DNA of 64,000 bases, from the NCBI RefSeq assembly GCF_000026545.1, contig NC_011601.1, one strand, 5' to 3'. The notes under the pieces are model-generated. The model saw only the letters and a program-made list of their open reading frames with translations. It ran no database searches and had not been told where the DNA came from. Source of the stretch: Escherichia coli O127:H6 str. E2348/69. GTDB lineage: Bacteria; Pseudomonadota; Gammaproteobacteria; Enterobacterales; Enterobacteriaceae. The translations under genes and the position numbers were made by a program. Positions 20,906 to 31,196 of the stretch are shown piece after piece; position 1 is the stretch's first letter, and every line of letters begins with the position of its first letter.

Positions 20906-22888
20906 TTACCATTGATAACTCACGAAAATTTTTCCGTTACGACCATCCTGTGGGATGCCTTGCGGCGACCAGTACTCTTTATCGAAGGCGTTGCCCAATA
21001 CCAGAGTAGTGGTCATGCCTTTGAGCGCCTGCTGCCCTTGATAACTGACGTAGAAATCATTCACACCATAGCCAGGTTGTTTGCTGTAGCTGCTGCTGAT
21101 ATGTGTTGAGCGATCGGCAAACGTACCGACCCAACCAACAGAGAAGCCACTGTGAGCGATCGGAATATTCAGGGTACTGGTAACGGTATCCGGGTTAATG
21201 CTGGAGATATATTCCCCGGTATCGGTGTCTTTGCCGCGGGTACGGTTATAGGCCACATCAAGGCTAAACAGATCAGTGGTATATTTCGTCATCACATCCC
21301 AGCCCCAGATTTTGGCGTTCGGGACGTTATACGACATAGTTGTCGCCGCCGCGAAATCGACGGTCGTGGAGATATAATCTTTCGCTTTGGTATCAAAGTA
21401 GCTGGCTTTAAATTCCAGAGCATCATTGGACAACATCAGGTCATCAAAACGCAGCCCAAAACCGTACTCCTGAGTTTCGTTAGTTTCCGGACGTAAGTTC
21501 GGGTTTGGCACCCAATAGTTGGTATAGAAGCGACCAATCGAGAAGTGTTTAGAATCGTTATACATTTCGCCCATCGTCGGGGCGCGGAATGCCTGAGCAT
21601 ATGAGCCAAATAACATCAGCCAGTTGGTCGGGTTGATAGTCATCCCCGCACGAGATGACCATTTGTCGGCATCAACATCTTTGTAGCCGTCGCTGCTACC
21701 GCGATAACTGTCATAGCGGGTTCCGCCAAGCAGGGTAATCGGCAGATCGCGTAAGGTGATCTCATCTTGTAGCCAGCCAGAGCTAAAATCGATTTTTGCT
21801 TGCGGGAAGCCCGTCGTCGCGCCACCCGGATGTTGTTCCTGACGATAATACTCACCGCCATATGTCAGTAAGTGAGAAGCGAAACTGTCGGCAAATAGAG
21901 TGGAACGGTTCTCCAGCCTTGCTCCTTTTGTTATCTGTTCACGATACTCGCCTGAACTCCCCGTGTTTTGCGCATTAATACGGACTTCCGACCAGTAAAT
22001 TTTTGCATCTGCATTTAACCAGTCGTTACCCTGCGGGGCGAGTTTATAAGAAAGCTGCGCATCGCGTTGAATTGTTGAACGATCGACCATCGGGTTGCTG
22101 CTATCAGAAGCTTCAACGGTCTGCGGATTTTTTGGTTCACGCGCGTCGTTGTTGTAGTAACGCACTAAACCGCTCAGAGACTGGGCTGAATCAATTTGCC
22201 AGGTCCCTTTCGCCAGCATGTTATTAATGGACTCGTCATTCGGCGCGGTTTCACCATTGCTCTGGCGTAAATCACCCCGATCGCGACTGGACCAGGCCAC
22301 AATACCATCCAGATTTTCAGTTCGCCCAAACGCGCTCGCGCCTAATCCCAGGCTATGGTCCCCCGTGCCGCCAGTACCAAAGACACTAAAACCACTACTT
22401 TGTCCTTCCTGCAATAAATCTTTTGCATCGACCGTATCGTAGGAGATCACCCCACCCAGCGCGCCACTGCCATACAGTAATGCTGAAGGTCCGCGAACAA
22501 TCTCAACACGCTTGATCAGCGCCGGATCAAGAAAAGTACCATTCAGGTGTCCGGTATCCGTTCCCTGGCGAACACCATCGACAAGAACCAGCACGCCGCG
22601 ATGATCATAGCCACGCATATTTACATCCTGACCGTTGGTTCGTCCGGTACCATCAAGAGTAATTCCAGGAACATGACGCAGCAAATCAGTGGCTGAAGTA
22701 GCCGTTTGATTTTCAGGAGCGGAAGTGTCGATAACGCTGACCATCATAGGCGCTTCGAAGGAACTACGTGCATTCCCCGTTGCCGTAACGGTCATGGTTT
22801 CAGTAGCAAAAGCAAACGTTGGCAAGGTGGCAGAAACAGCCAAAGCCAACAAACTCAAACGCAACGAGGTAAATTGCGGACGTGACAT
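20906..22888 (-). CDS. chuA: TonB-dependent outer-membrane heme/hemoglobin receptor ChuA
   Basis: 660-aa ORF with signal peptide, TonB-box region, the heme-receptor FRAP and NPNL motifs, and a C-terminal aromatic residue. Confidence 0.95.
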   Translation of the reverse strand: MSRPQFTSLRLSLLALAVSATLPTFAFATETMTVTATGNARSSFEAPMMVSVIDTSAPENQTATSATDLLRHVPGITLDGTGRTNGQDVNMRGYDHRGVLVLVDGVRQGTDTGHLNGTFLDPALIKRVEIVRGPSALLYGSGALGGVISYDTVDAKDLLQEGQSSGFSVFGTGGTGDHSLGLGASAFGRTENLDGIVAWSSRDRGDLRQSNGETAPNDESINNMLAKGTWQIDSAQSLSGLVRYYNNDAREPKNPQTVEASDSSNPMVDRSTIQRDAQLSYKLAPQGNDWLNADAKIYWSEVRINAQNTGSSGEYREQITKGARLENRSTLFADSFASHLLTYGGEYYRQEQHPGGATTGFPQAKIDFSSGWLQDEITLRDLPITLLGGTRYDSYRGSSDGYKDVDADKWSSRAGMTINPTNWLMLFGSYAQAFRAPTMGEMYNDSKHFSIGRFYTNYWVPNPNLRPETNETQEYGFGLRFDDLMLSNDALEFKASYFDTKAKDYISTTVDFAAATTMSYNVPNAKIWGWDVMTKYTTDLFSLDVAYNRTRGKDTDTGEYISSINPDTVTSTLNIPIAHSGFSVGWVGTFADRSTHISSSYSKQPGYGVNDFYVSYQGQQALKGMTTTLVLGNAFDKEYWSPQGIPQDGRNGKIFVSYQW

Positions 22889-23178
22889 AGCGATTCTCCA
22901 TGAGGAAAATAAAAAATGCTGGCTGCCTGGGTTAATACCGGGGTGGCTGGCGAAAAATAAATTTATTTACAATTCAAATGATTAGATATCACCACGGGAA
23001 GCTATTAGCGTATATATCCCGTAAAATTGCCGAATATTTCTGATAATTCAGCAAAAGCACGCCCTCTTTGTCAGGCAAAGTAGTACGCCACGTCTGAAGT
23101 GAAGAGTGCTGTGCGTTTTCCCTTACAAAAGATATGATTTTGTTATCCATGATGTCATATTTTGTTAAACTCAAACGT

Positions 23179-23197
23179 GATAATGAGAATTATTATC
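23179..23197. promoter_or_regulatory. Fur box in the chuA–chuT divergent region
   Basis: gataatgagaattattatc matches the Fur consensus GATAATGATAATCATTATC at 17 of 19 positions. Confidence 0.6.
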
Positions 23198-23524
23198 GAT
23201 CAATTTTTTATGATCAAGCTTTTTTTAACCGCCATTAACGCAATAAACAGGGGGTTATGAAATCTATCCAGCATCCAGAAAACCATCCTGTGTTTATGGC
23301 TATCCCCCCACAACCTCATCACAAAACGTTGTCGTTAACAGTGATAATTTTCTCTTCTCTTTGCTCTGCAAGCCGCGATATCTCCGGGTTCTCAGCTTTT
23401 TCCCGCGCTGAAATTTAATCGGTAACAAGAACATTAGCTGACGAAGCATCTTGATAAAAATCAAAAATAAATACGCTTGTAACGCCGTGCGTATTGAATC
23501 GACGGTTGTATTTCATATATAACT

Positions 23525-23547
23525 CAAATGATAATCATAATCATTCT
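23525..23547. promoter_or_regulatory. Fur box just upstream of chuT
   Basis: aaatgataatcataatcattctc, 25 bp upstream of the proposed chuT ATG. Confidence 0.6.
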
Positions 23548-23571
23548 CAATTTGATAAGAGTTCTCACATT

Positions 23572-24486
23572 ATGCCAAGGATCATCACCAGGCCGTTTCT
23601 TTTTTCCCCACTAACGTTATGTATTTCAGCCGTGGCCTCTGCCGCGAAGACCATGGTAAAACGAAAAAAATTGTTTACGGCATTACTGGCTTTTAGCTGG
23701 ACTTTTAGCGTAACGGCTGCCGAACGTATCGTGGTCGCAGGAGGATCGCTGACGGAGCTAATCTACGCGATGGGCGCTGGCAAACGCGTGGTTGGTGTCG
23801 ATGAAACGACATCTTATCCACCAGAAACCGCCAAACTGCCGCATATTGGTTACTGGAAACAACTCAGCAGCGAAGGCATTTTGTCACTTCGCCCGGATAG
23901 CGTAATTACCTGGCAGGATGCAGGACCGCAAATTGTGCTCGACCAACTGCGGGCGCAAAAAGTCAACGTCGTCACTCTGCCGCGTGTACCAGCCACCCTT
24001 GAGCAGATGTACGCCAACATTCGCCAACTGGCAAAAACGTTACAGGTTCCTGAACAAGGCGAGGCGCTGGTGACACAGATCAACCAACGCCTGGAGCGAG
24101 TACAGCAAAACGTGACGGCCAAAAAAGCCCCGGTTAAAGCCATGTTTATTCTCTCCGCAGGCGGAAGTGCGCCACAGGTTGCCGGTAAAGGCAGCGTCGC
24201 GGACGCCATTCTTTCGCTTGCCGGAGCAGAAAACGTCGCTACCCACCAGCAGTACAAAAGCTACAGCGCGGAATCGCTGATTGCGGCTAACCCTGAAGTG
24301 ATTGTCGTCACCTCACAAATGGTCGATGGCGATATTAATCGGCTACGTTCTATTGCCGGAATTACCCACACTGCCGCCTGGAAAAACCAGCGCATTATCA
24401 CCGTTGATCAAAACCTGATTCTGGGAATGGGTCCGCGTATTGCTGATGTCGTTGAGTCTTTACACCAGCAGCTTTGGCCGCAATAA
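23572..24486 (+). CDS. chuT: Periplasmic hemin-binding protein ChuT
   Basis: Class III periplasmic binding-protein fold. Start at 23572 (304 aa) is chosen because the longer ORF-track start (23494) overlaps the Fur box; a third in-frame ATG at 23653 is also possible. Confidence 0.85.
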   Translation: MPRIITRPFLFSPLTLCISAVASAAKTMVKRKKLFTALLAFSWTFSVTAAERIVVAGGSLTELIYAMGAGKRVVGVDETTSYPPETAKLPHIGYWKQLSSEGILSLRPDSVITWQDAGPQIVLDQLRAQKVNVVTLPRVPATLEQMYANIRQLAKTLQVPEQGEALVTQINQRLERVQQNVTAKKAPVKAMFILSAGGSAPQVAGKGSVADAILSLAGAENVATHQQYKSYSAESLIAANPEVIVVTSQMVDGDINRLRSIAGITHTAAWKNQRIITVDQNLILGMGPRIADVVESLHQQLWPQ

Positions 24487-24505
24487 ATGGATTTAAATCA
24501 GACGA

Positions 24506-25843
24506 ATGAACACAAATAACACCCTGGATCTCACGCCACATTTTGCTTTAGACGGTGATCAGCCATTTAAAGACAGGCGCGCCATGATGCCGTTTCGTGG
24601 GGCCATTCCGGTTGCCAAAGAGCAACTGGCACAGACCTGGCAAGAGATGATCAATCAAACGGTATCACCACGTAAGCGACTGGTTTACCTACACATTCCT
24701 TTTTGTGCGACACACTGCACGTTTTGTGGTTTTTATCAGAACCGTTTTAATGAAGATGCGTGTGCTCATTATACCGACGCCCTGATTCGTGAAATAGAAC
24801 TGGAAGCAGACAGCGTATTGCATCAGTCTGCCCCCATCCACGCGGTCTATTTCGGTGGCGGTACGCCTTCCGCGCTTTCAGCACACGATTTGGCCAGAAT
24901 CATCACCACATTACGAGAAAAGCTGCCACTGGCCCCTGATTGTGAAATCACTATTGAAGGCCGGGTACTGAATTTTGACGCTGAGCGAATCGATGCTTGC
25001 CTTGATGCAGGAGCAAACCGCTTCTCAATTGGTATTCAGTCGTTTAACAGCAAAATCCGCAAGAAAATGGCCCGCACCTCGGATGGCCCAACCGCTATTG
25101 CGTTTATGGAAAGCCTGGTCAAACGCGATCGTGCCGCGGTGGTCTGTGACCTGCTGTTTGGTCTGCCGGGTCAGGATGCGCAAACCTGGGGAGAAGATCT
25201 GGCTATTGCCCGCGATATCGGTCTCGACGGCGTCGATCTCTATGCGCTCAATGTCCTGCCCAATACACCGCTGGGCAAAGCCGTGGAAAATGGGCGTACT
25301 ACCGTGCCCTCTCCGGCAGAACGTCGCGATCTTTACCTGCAAGGGTGTGATTTTATGGACGATGCCGGTTGGCGCTGCATCAGTAACAGCCACTGGGGCC
25401 GTACCACACGCGAACGCAATCTCTATAACCTGCTGATTAAACAAGGTGCCGATTGTCTGGCCTTTGGTTCCGGAGCCGGCGGTTCGATTAATGGTTACTC
25501 CTGGATGAACGAACGCAATCTTCAGACCTGGCATGAATCCGTCGCAGCAGGCAAAAAACCGCTGATGATGATCATGCGTAACGCCGAACGTAACGCGCAG
25601 TGGCGTCATACCTTGCAGTCGGGCATTGAAACGGCGCGTGTACCGCTGGACGAACTTACGCCACATGCCGAAAAACTCGCGCCGTTACTGGCCCAGTGGC
25701 ACCAAAAAGGCTTAAGCCGCGATGCGTCAACGTGTCTGCGGTTGACCAATGAAGGTCGTTTCTGGGCAAGCAACATTTTGCAGTCTCTTAATGAACTGAT
25801 TCAGGTACTTAATGCGCCAGCAATTGCGCTTGAAAAACCATAA
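24506..25843 (+). CDS. chuW: Radical-SAM anaerobic heme-degrading methyltransferase ChuW (HemN-like)
   Basis: 445-aa ORF with the radical-SAM motif CATHCTFCGF. Confidence 0.9.
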   Translation: MNTNNTLDLTPHFALDGDQPFKDRRAMMPFRGAIPVAKEQLAQTWQEMINQTVSPRKRLVYLHIPFCATHCTFCGFYQNRFNEDACAHYTDALIREIELEADSVLHQSAPIHAVYFGGGTPSALSAHDLARIITTLREKLPLAPDCEITIEGRVLNFDAERIDACLDAGANRFSIGIQSFNSKIRKKMARTSDGPTAIAFMESLVKRDRAAVVCDLLFGLPGQDAQTWGEDLAIARDIGLDGVDLYALNVLPNTPLGKAVENGRTTVPSPAERRDLYLQGCDFMDDAGWRCISNSHWGRTTRERNLYNLLIKQGADCLAFGSGAGGSINGYSWMNERNLQTWHESVAAGKKPLMMIMRNAERNAQWRHTLQSGIETARVPLDELTPHAEKLAPLLAQWHQKGLSRDASTCLRLTNEGRFWASNILQSLNELIQVLNAPAIALEKP

Positions 25844-25855
25844 CAGGAGTGATTT

Positions 25856-26350
25856 ATGAGCCATGTCTCGTTACAGGAATTTTTGAAAACGGAGCCAGAC
25901 GGTACGCTGGAGGCGATCGCCGAACAATACAACACCACGCTGCTGGAGGTAGTGAAAAATCTGCCCTCTCCGACTGTTGTGCCAGGTGATAAATTCGATA
26001 CTGTCTGGGATACCGTCTGCGAATGGGGCAACGTCACCACGTTAGTACATACTACCGATATAATACTCGAATTTAGCGGCGAACTGCCTTCGGGTTTCCA
26101 TCGCCACGGCTATTTCAACCTACGCGGAAAGCACGGCATGTCCGGGCATATCAAAGCAGAAAACTGCACGCATATTGCCTTGATCGAACGTAAATTTATG
26201 GGCATGGACACCGCCTCTATTCTCTTTTTCAATAAGGAAGGCAGCGCAATGCTGAAAATCTTCCTCGGTAGGGATGATCATCGTCAGCTCCTGAGCGAAC
26301 AAGTCAGCGCCTTCCATGCTCTGGCAGCATCGTTAAAGGAACACGCCTGA
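25856..26350 (+). CDS. chuX: Heme-binding/trafficking protein ChuX
   Basis: 164-aa ORF with an aggag SD, in the expected position within the chu operon. Confidence 0.85.
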   Translation: MSHVSLQEFLKTEPDGTLEAIAEQYNTTLLEVVKNLPSPTVVPGDKFDTVWDTVCEWGNVTTLVHTTDIILEFSGELPSGFHRHGYFNLRGKHGMSGHIKAENCTHIALIERKFMGMDTASILFFNKEGSAMLKIFLGRDDHRQLLSEQVSAFHALAASLKEHA

Positions 26351-26973
26351 TGACACCGTGGCTACTCTTTGGCGCAGGCGGAAAAGGTGTGGGTGCCAGA
26401 ACGCTTGAACTGGCGCTGGCGGAACAACGTCCGGTCGTTGCTGTCATTCGTCATGCCAATGCCGCCATGAAACTGGCGCAACAAGGCGTACAGGTTTTTA
26501 CAGGCGACGCCTGTGATGCCAGCGTAGTCGCGGCTGCTTGCCGCGCAGCTGGCCCGGATGCGCTTATCATCTCAACAATGGGCGGAGCTCAGGATTATCT
26601 GGCGCACAGAACAGTGATTGATGAGGCCGAGAAGGCTGGCATCAGTCGCATGATTCTGGTGACCTCTTTGGGATGCAGCGATAGCTGGCCGTTTTTATCA
26701 GAGCGGGCAAAGGCTGCGTTTGGTCAGGCGGTACGGGAAAAAACGCTGGCGGAAACCTGGTTGCAAACCAGCCAGCTTGATTATGCCATTCTCCGCCCCG
26801 GCGGTCTGCTTGATGGTGCGGCAACGGGCAAAGCACAACGGATACAAAATCAGGAGTGTCATGGTTTTGTTAACCGTGCTGATGTCGCCGCACATATCCA
26901 TGAACTGGCAAATGCGCCAGCACTTAACCAGCAGGTCTACAGTCTGATTGAACCGGACCTGAAACCGGCGTGA
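26350..26973 (+). CDS. chuY: NAD(P)-dependent anaerobilin reductase ChuY
   Basis: 207-aa ORF with an N-terminal Rossmann-type motif; start overlaps the chuX stop. Confidence 0.85.
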   Translation: MTPWLLFGAGGKGVGARTLELALAEQRPVVAVIRHANAAMKLAQQGVQVFTGDACDASVVAAACRAAGPDALIISTMGGAQDYLAHRTVIDEAEKAGISRMILVTSLGCSDSWPFLSERAKAAFGQAVREKTLAETWLQTSQLDYAILRPGGLLDGAATGKAQRIQNQECHGFVNRADVAAHIHELANAPALNQQVYSLIEPDLKPA

Positions 26974-27021
26974 TCCCCCGGCGCGGCATATCCGCGCCGT
27001 AATGTCGTAACGGAGTTTTGC

Positions 27022-28014
27022 GTGCTCAAGGATTCACTCTCTTCCGCCAGGATCTTTATGGGGCTATCACTATTATTGCTCGCTCTGGTGCTGTTCAGTG
27101 CCAGTCAGGGAGCGTTAAAGATCAGTTTTGATGCCCTTTTTGATGAGGAATACCGCGATATCTGGCTCAATATTCGTCTACCACGGGTTTTGCTGGCGGT
27201 GCTGGTAGGTGCAGCGTTGGCAACCGCAGGGGTAATTATGCAGGGGCTTTTTCGCAACCCAATGGCTGACCCTGGATTACTTGGCGTCAGTAGCGGTTCT
27301 GCATTAATGGTTGGCGTTGCTATTGTGCTGCCCTTCTCCTTCCCAGTGGTGCTGGTGCTCTATGAGCAAATGGTGTTTGCCATTGCCGGAAGTTTAGTGG
27401 TCTGCACCATCATTTTTCTCATCACGCAGCGCCATCGCGATGGCAGCATGATGCAATTATTACTCGCCGGTATCGCCATCAATGCCCTGTGCGGCGCAGC
27501 GATCGGCATCCTGAGCTATATCGGCGATGAGCAGCAGCTACGACAACTCACATTGTGGATGATGGGCAATCTTGGACAGGCGCAATGGCCGACGTTATTG
27601 GTTGCCAGTTCATTCATCCTACCGGCCATTATCGCAACAACTTGTCTCGCCGGAACGCTGAATTTACTGCAGCTCGGTGATGAAGAAGCCCACTACCTCG
27701 GCGTGAACGTGAAGCGTAAACGCCAGCAATTACTGTTAGTGAGCTCACTGCTCGTTGGTGCTGCCGTATCGGTAAGCGGCATTATCGGCTTTATTGGCCT
27801 GGTGATCCCGCATCTGATTCGCATGACTACCGGGGCAAATCACCGCTGGCTAATCCCTTGTTCCGCCCTCGCCGGAGCCTGTTTATTGCTGATGGCAGAC
27901 ACGCTTGCCCGCACGCTGGTACAGCCAGCAGAAATGCCCGTGGGATTATTAACCAGCCTGCTTGGTGGCCCTTATTTTATGTGGTTGATTCTGCGCAACC
28001 GGAGGATCACATGA
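27022..28014 (+). CDS. chuU: Hemin ABC transporter permease ChuU (FecCD family)
   Basis: 330-aa polytopic ORF of the FecCD/BtuC permease family. Confidence 0.9.
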   Translation: MLKDSLSSARIFMGLSLLLLALVLFSASQGALKISFDALFDEEYRDIWLNIRLPRVLLAVLVGAALATAGVIMQGLFRNPMADPGLLGVSSGSALMVGVAIVLPFSFPVVLVLYEQMVFAIAGSLVVCTIIFLITQRHRDGSMMQLLLAGIAINALCGAAIGILSYIGDEQQLRQLTLWMMGNLGQAQWPTLLVASSFILPAIIATTCLAGTLNLLQLGDEEAHYLGVNVKRKRQQLLLVSSLLVGAAVSVSGIIGFIGLVIPHLIRMTTGANHRWLIPCSALAGACLLLMADTLARTLVQPAEMPVGLLTSLLGGPYFMWLILRNRRIT

Positions 28015-28781
28015 TCAGCGCCCAGAATCTGGTTTATAGCCTTCAGGGGCGGCGTCTGACTGATAATGTCTCGCTGACTTTTCCCGGTGGGGAAATTGTT
28101 GCCATCCTCGGCCCTAATGGTGCGGGAAAATCTACGCTGCTTCGCCAGCTAACCGGCTATCTTCAACCTGATAGCGGCGAATGTTGGTTGTTTAATAAGC
28201 CATTAAATGAATGGTCGATTACTGAACTGGCGAAACACCGGGCCGTGATGCGTCAAAATAGCCACATGGCGTTTCCATTCAGCGTACAAGAAGTTATCCA
28301 GATGGGGCGGCATCCGCATCGTACTGGTAATCAGGATAATGAAACAGCACAAATAATGGCGTTATGTGACTGTCAGGCGTTAGCAAACCGCGACTATCGG
28401 CAATTATCCGGTGGTGAACAACAGCGCGTGCAATTAGCGCGCCTGCTGGTGCAACTCTGGGAACCTACTCCCTCACCGAAATGGTTATTTCTTGATGAAC
28501 CAACTTCGGCGCTGGATATTCACCATCAGCAGCACTTGTTTCGTTTATTACGCCAGTTAGTTCACGAACGGCAGTTCAATGTTTGCTGCGTATTGCACGA
28601 TCTAAATCTTGCCGCGCGTTATGCAGACCGTGTTGTATTAATGCAAAAAGGAAAGGTTATCGCAAATGGTAAGCCGCAGGACGTATTGACACAGCAGGCG
28701 CTGACAATGCTCTACGGCGCGGATATTACCGTACTTAAAGATCCTGCCAACCATTCACCACTGATCGTCCTCGATCATTAA
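28011..28781 (+). CDS. chuV: Hemin ABC transporter ATP-binding protein ChuV (HmuV)
   Basis: 256 aa from [11 protein letters not shown]; Walker [10 protein letters not shown], signature LSGGEQQR, Walker B LFLDEP; ggagg SD; ATGA overlap with the chuU stop. The ORF track starts 51 codons upstream inside chuU. Confidence 0.92.
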   Translation: MISAQNLVYSLQGRRLTDNVSLTFPGGEIVAILGPNGAGKSTLLRQLTGYLQPDSGECWLFNKPLNEWSITELAKHRAVMRQNSHMAFPFSVQEVIQMGRHPHRTGNQDNETAQIMALCDCQALANRDYRQLSGGEQQRVQLARLLVQLWEPTPSPKWLFLDEPTSALDIHHQQHLFRLLRQLVHERQFNVCCVLHDLNLAARYADRVVLMQKGKVIANGKPQDVLTQQALTMLYGADITVLKDPANHSPLIVLDH

Positions 28782-28787
28782 AACCAA

Positions 28788-28812
28788 CAGGAGTACCGCC
28801 CTGGTACTCCTG
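28788..28812. terminator. Bidirectional terminator hairpin between chuV and yhiD
   Basis: caggagtacc-gccct-ggtactcctg inverted repeat. Confidence 0.6.
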
Positions 28813-28832
28813 CGAATAAATAACTATACAGA

Positions 28833-29480
28833 TTAGCTAATTGAAACGCCTTTCACCCCTGCCATACCTTTTAATAATCGCAACAGATCTTCTATCGACG
28901 TTGTGGCATGAAGCTGGATATCAATGGCGACCACTTCATGATCTTCATTTTCCTGCAACGAAACTAAATCCGTTTTTATTTTTTGCTGCTTAAACCAGTC
29001 GAGCATTGATACCGTATTACCGTTCACTAATGTCAGCTGTAAATGGTAATTTTTGTTCATCAGGCGGAAGGTTAATTGATGGAAGACTTCCAGCACCAGC
29101 AAGGTCATCACTGAACCATAAATACCCAGTTCGTACATACCGCTGCCAATAACCATACCAATGGCTGCGGTCACCCAGATATCCGCTGCCGTCGTCAGAC
29201 CTACAATATTTTGGTTACGAACGAGAATGTTACCTGCACCGATAAACCCGACGCCCGTCACAACCTGAGCAGCAATACGGCTGGGATCCAGTCCGACGTG
29301 ACCTAAAGACAGCACGTCAGCAAAACCATATTTCGAAACAATCATAAACAGGGCGCTTCCCATGCCAATTAATACATGTGTACGTAACCCTGCTCCTTTG
29401 CCGCGCATTTGCCTTTCCATGCCAATAGCGCCACAGGCAATTACCGCAAGTATAAGTCGTATAATAAATTCTGCTGTCAT
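28833..29480 (-). CDS. yhiD: MgtC-family inner-membrane protein YhiD
   Basis: 215 aa from MTAEFIIRLILAVIACGAIGMERQ. Confidence 0.9.
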   Translation of the reverse strand: MTAEFIIRLILAVIACGAIGMERQMRGKGAGLRTHVLIGMGSALFMIVSKYGFADVLSLGHVGLDPSRIAAQVVTGVGFIGAGNILVRNQNIVGLTTAADIWVTAAIGMVIGSGMYELGIYGSVMTLLVLEVFHQLTFRLMNKNYHLQLTLVNGNTVSMLDWFKQQKIKTDLVSLQENEDHEVVAIDIQLHATTSIEDLLRLLKGMAGVKGVSIS

Positions 29481-29543
29481 ATAAAAATGCAAAAAGGAGC
29501 AGCAAGATGGCTCAACTTGCTACTCCTTTTTACTTGTACCTTA

Positions 29544-29870
29544 TTAATTCGGCAAGTCATTAGATGCTTGATTTTTGAAGGTATACAAATTTTTCTGCGG
29601 GTTTTTCTTGCAGTATTCGATCACTTTAGGAATTTGAGTGAGATCGGTTTCATTTAAAGTAACGGTATCGCCACCTTTATATACTGTTTCTTCATGCAGC
29701 ATCCACCACGCAACTGGTGTCATTGCTTTTGGATTCAGATCAATAAATTCCTGGCAGGTCATATCTTTAGCGGATTCATTGGCTGCCAGCGCAGATTGTG
29801 CGTTCACCAGTGACAAAGCCGCTACAGCGCCCATAAAAATAAACGCTTTACGGAGAGATGAAATGTTCAT
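29544..29870 (-). CDS. hdeB: Periplasmic acid-stress chaperone HdeB
   Basis: 108 aa from MNISSLRKAFIFMGAVAALSLVNAQSALA. Confidence 0.93.
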   Translation of the reverse strand: MNISSLRKAFIFMGAVAALSLVNAQSALAANESAKDMTCQEFIDLNPKAMTPVAWWMLHEETVYKGGDTVTLNETDLTQIPKVIEYCKKNPQKNLYTFKNQASNDLPN

Positions 29871-29985
29871 TTTGTAACCCATTCAATATAGAGATTATAT
29901 ACAAACAGGAGGAATAGCTGCTTTTAAAGAAGATATTCCGGCCTGTTCAATATGCAAGGAAATACGATGTAACGCATTCCCGGAA

Positions 29986-30318
29986 TTACATATCTTTCTT
30001 AATTTTGTCCCATTCGCCTTTAACTTTATCTTTAAAGCTGGCTTTTTTATCCTGAGTACAAGCCTGAACGATAGCTGGGGTTACGGTTGCAATACCCTGA
30101 ACATCTAAAACCGCATCTTCTGGTTTATCTTTGTTGTTCAGTGCTTCAGCAAAACCAACTGCAGTTGGCTGGAAGGATTCGTCCACAGCCAGGAAATCTT
30201 CACAGGTCCAGGAGTTGACCGGTTTTTTGTTATCAGCTGCTTTTTGTGCATCCGCTGCATTGCTCACTACTGGCAGAAGAAGCAGACCACCAAGAATAAC
30301 GCCTAATACTTTTTTCAT
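29986..30318 (-). CDS. hdeA: Periplasmic acid-stress chaperone HdeA
   Basis: 110-aa ORF MKKVLGVILGGLLLLPVVSNAADAQKAADNKKPVNSWTCEDFL... Confidence 0.95.
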   Translation of the reverse strand: MKKVLGVILGGLLLLPVVSNAADAQKAADNKKPVNSWTCEDFLAVDESFQPTAVGFAEALNNKDKPEDAVLDVQGIATVTPAIVQACTQDKKASFKDKVKGEWDKIKKDM

Positions 30319-30572
30319 CGTAATATCCTCAACTATAAAGTGAAAGAGCCGTCACGAATCAATTTCGACACTGAGGTTATAACCTGGTTTTCTGTATATG
30401 TCATGTTGATGGAAAATATCAAAATCAGATATTTTTATTTCAATACAATGAGTTACAGATGCATCAGATACTGTAATTAGGAAATTTTTATTAAATCGAC
30501 TGCATTCTTAGACGCGTTTTTGGCATAGATTGATAGCAGGGGATTTTCTTCTTAATTTTATAGGGTGGTTCT

Positions 30573-31145
30573 ATGTTATATATAGATAAGGCAACAATTT
30601 TGAAGTTTGATCTGGAGATGCTTAAAAAACATCGCAGAGCAATCCAGTTTATTGCCGTGCTGCTGTTTATCGTCGGGTTGCTGTGTATCAGTTTTCCGTT
30701 CGTCTCTGGCGACATTTTAAGCACAGTAGTGGGTGCATTATTAATCTGCTCGGGCATTGCGCTTATTGTCGGGCTATTCAGCAACCGCAGTCATAATTTC
30801 TGGCCGGTATTATCCGGTTTCCTCGTCGCAGTCGCCTATTTATTGATCGGCTATTTCTTCATCCGTGCACCAGAGCTGGGCATTTTTGCCATTGCGGCAT
30901 TTATTGCCGGTTTGTTCTGTGTGGCAGGGGTTATTCGCCTGATGAGTTGGTATCGTCAGCGTTCAATGAAAGGCAGTTGGCTACAGCTCGTTATTGGTGT
31001 GCTGGATATCGTCATTGCCTGGATATTCCTTGGTGCTACGCCGATGGTGTCGGTAACGCTGGTTTCCACACTGGTGGGAATTGAACTGATATTTAGCGCC
31101 GCCAGTCTGTTCAGCTTCGCCAGTTTGTTCGTTAAAAAGCAATAA
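30573..31145 (+). CDS. hdeD: Acid-resistance membrane protein HdeD
   Basis: 190-aa polytopic ORF divergent from hdeAB. Confidence 0.93.
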   Translation: MLYIDKATILKFDLEMLKKHRRAIQFIAVLLFIVGLLCISFPFVSGDILSTVVGALLICSGIALIVGLFSNRSHNFWPVLSGFLVAVAYLLIGYFFIRAPELGIFAIAAFIAGLFCVAGVIRLMSWYRQRSMKGSWLQLVIGVLDIVIAWIFLGATPMVSVTLVSTLVGIELIFSAASLFSFASLFVKKQ

Positions 31146-31161
31146 TTATCCCTATTTCCAC

Positions 31162-31196
31162 CTGGATCATAGTCACATTAAGTGACTATGATCCAG
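31162..31196 (+). terminator. Hairpin after hdeD
   Basis: ctggatcatagtcac-attaa-gtgactatgatccag perfect inverted repeat. Confidence 0.6.

Noticed and set aside
23494-23571. Longer chuT start at 23494
   Set aside because: The extension overlaps a Fur box, is Asn/Tyr-rich from AT-rich sequence and lacks an SD; a signal-peptide-like sequence begins only after the downstream ATGs.
19773-28832. chu cluster as a possible novel iron-uptake system
   Set aside because: Every gene matches the well-characterised chu/shu heme-utilisation locus in order and orientation; it is strain-variable but not undescribed.
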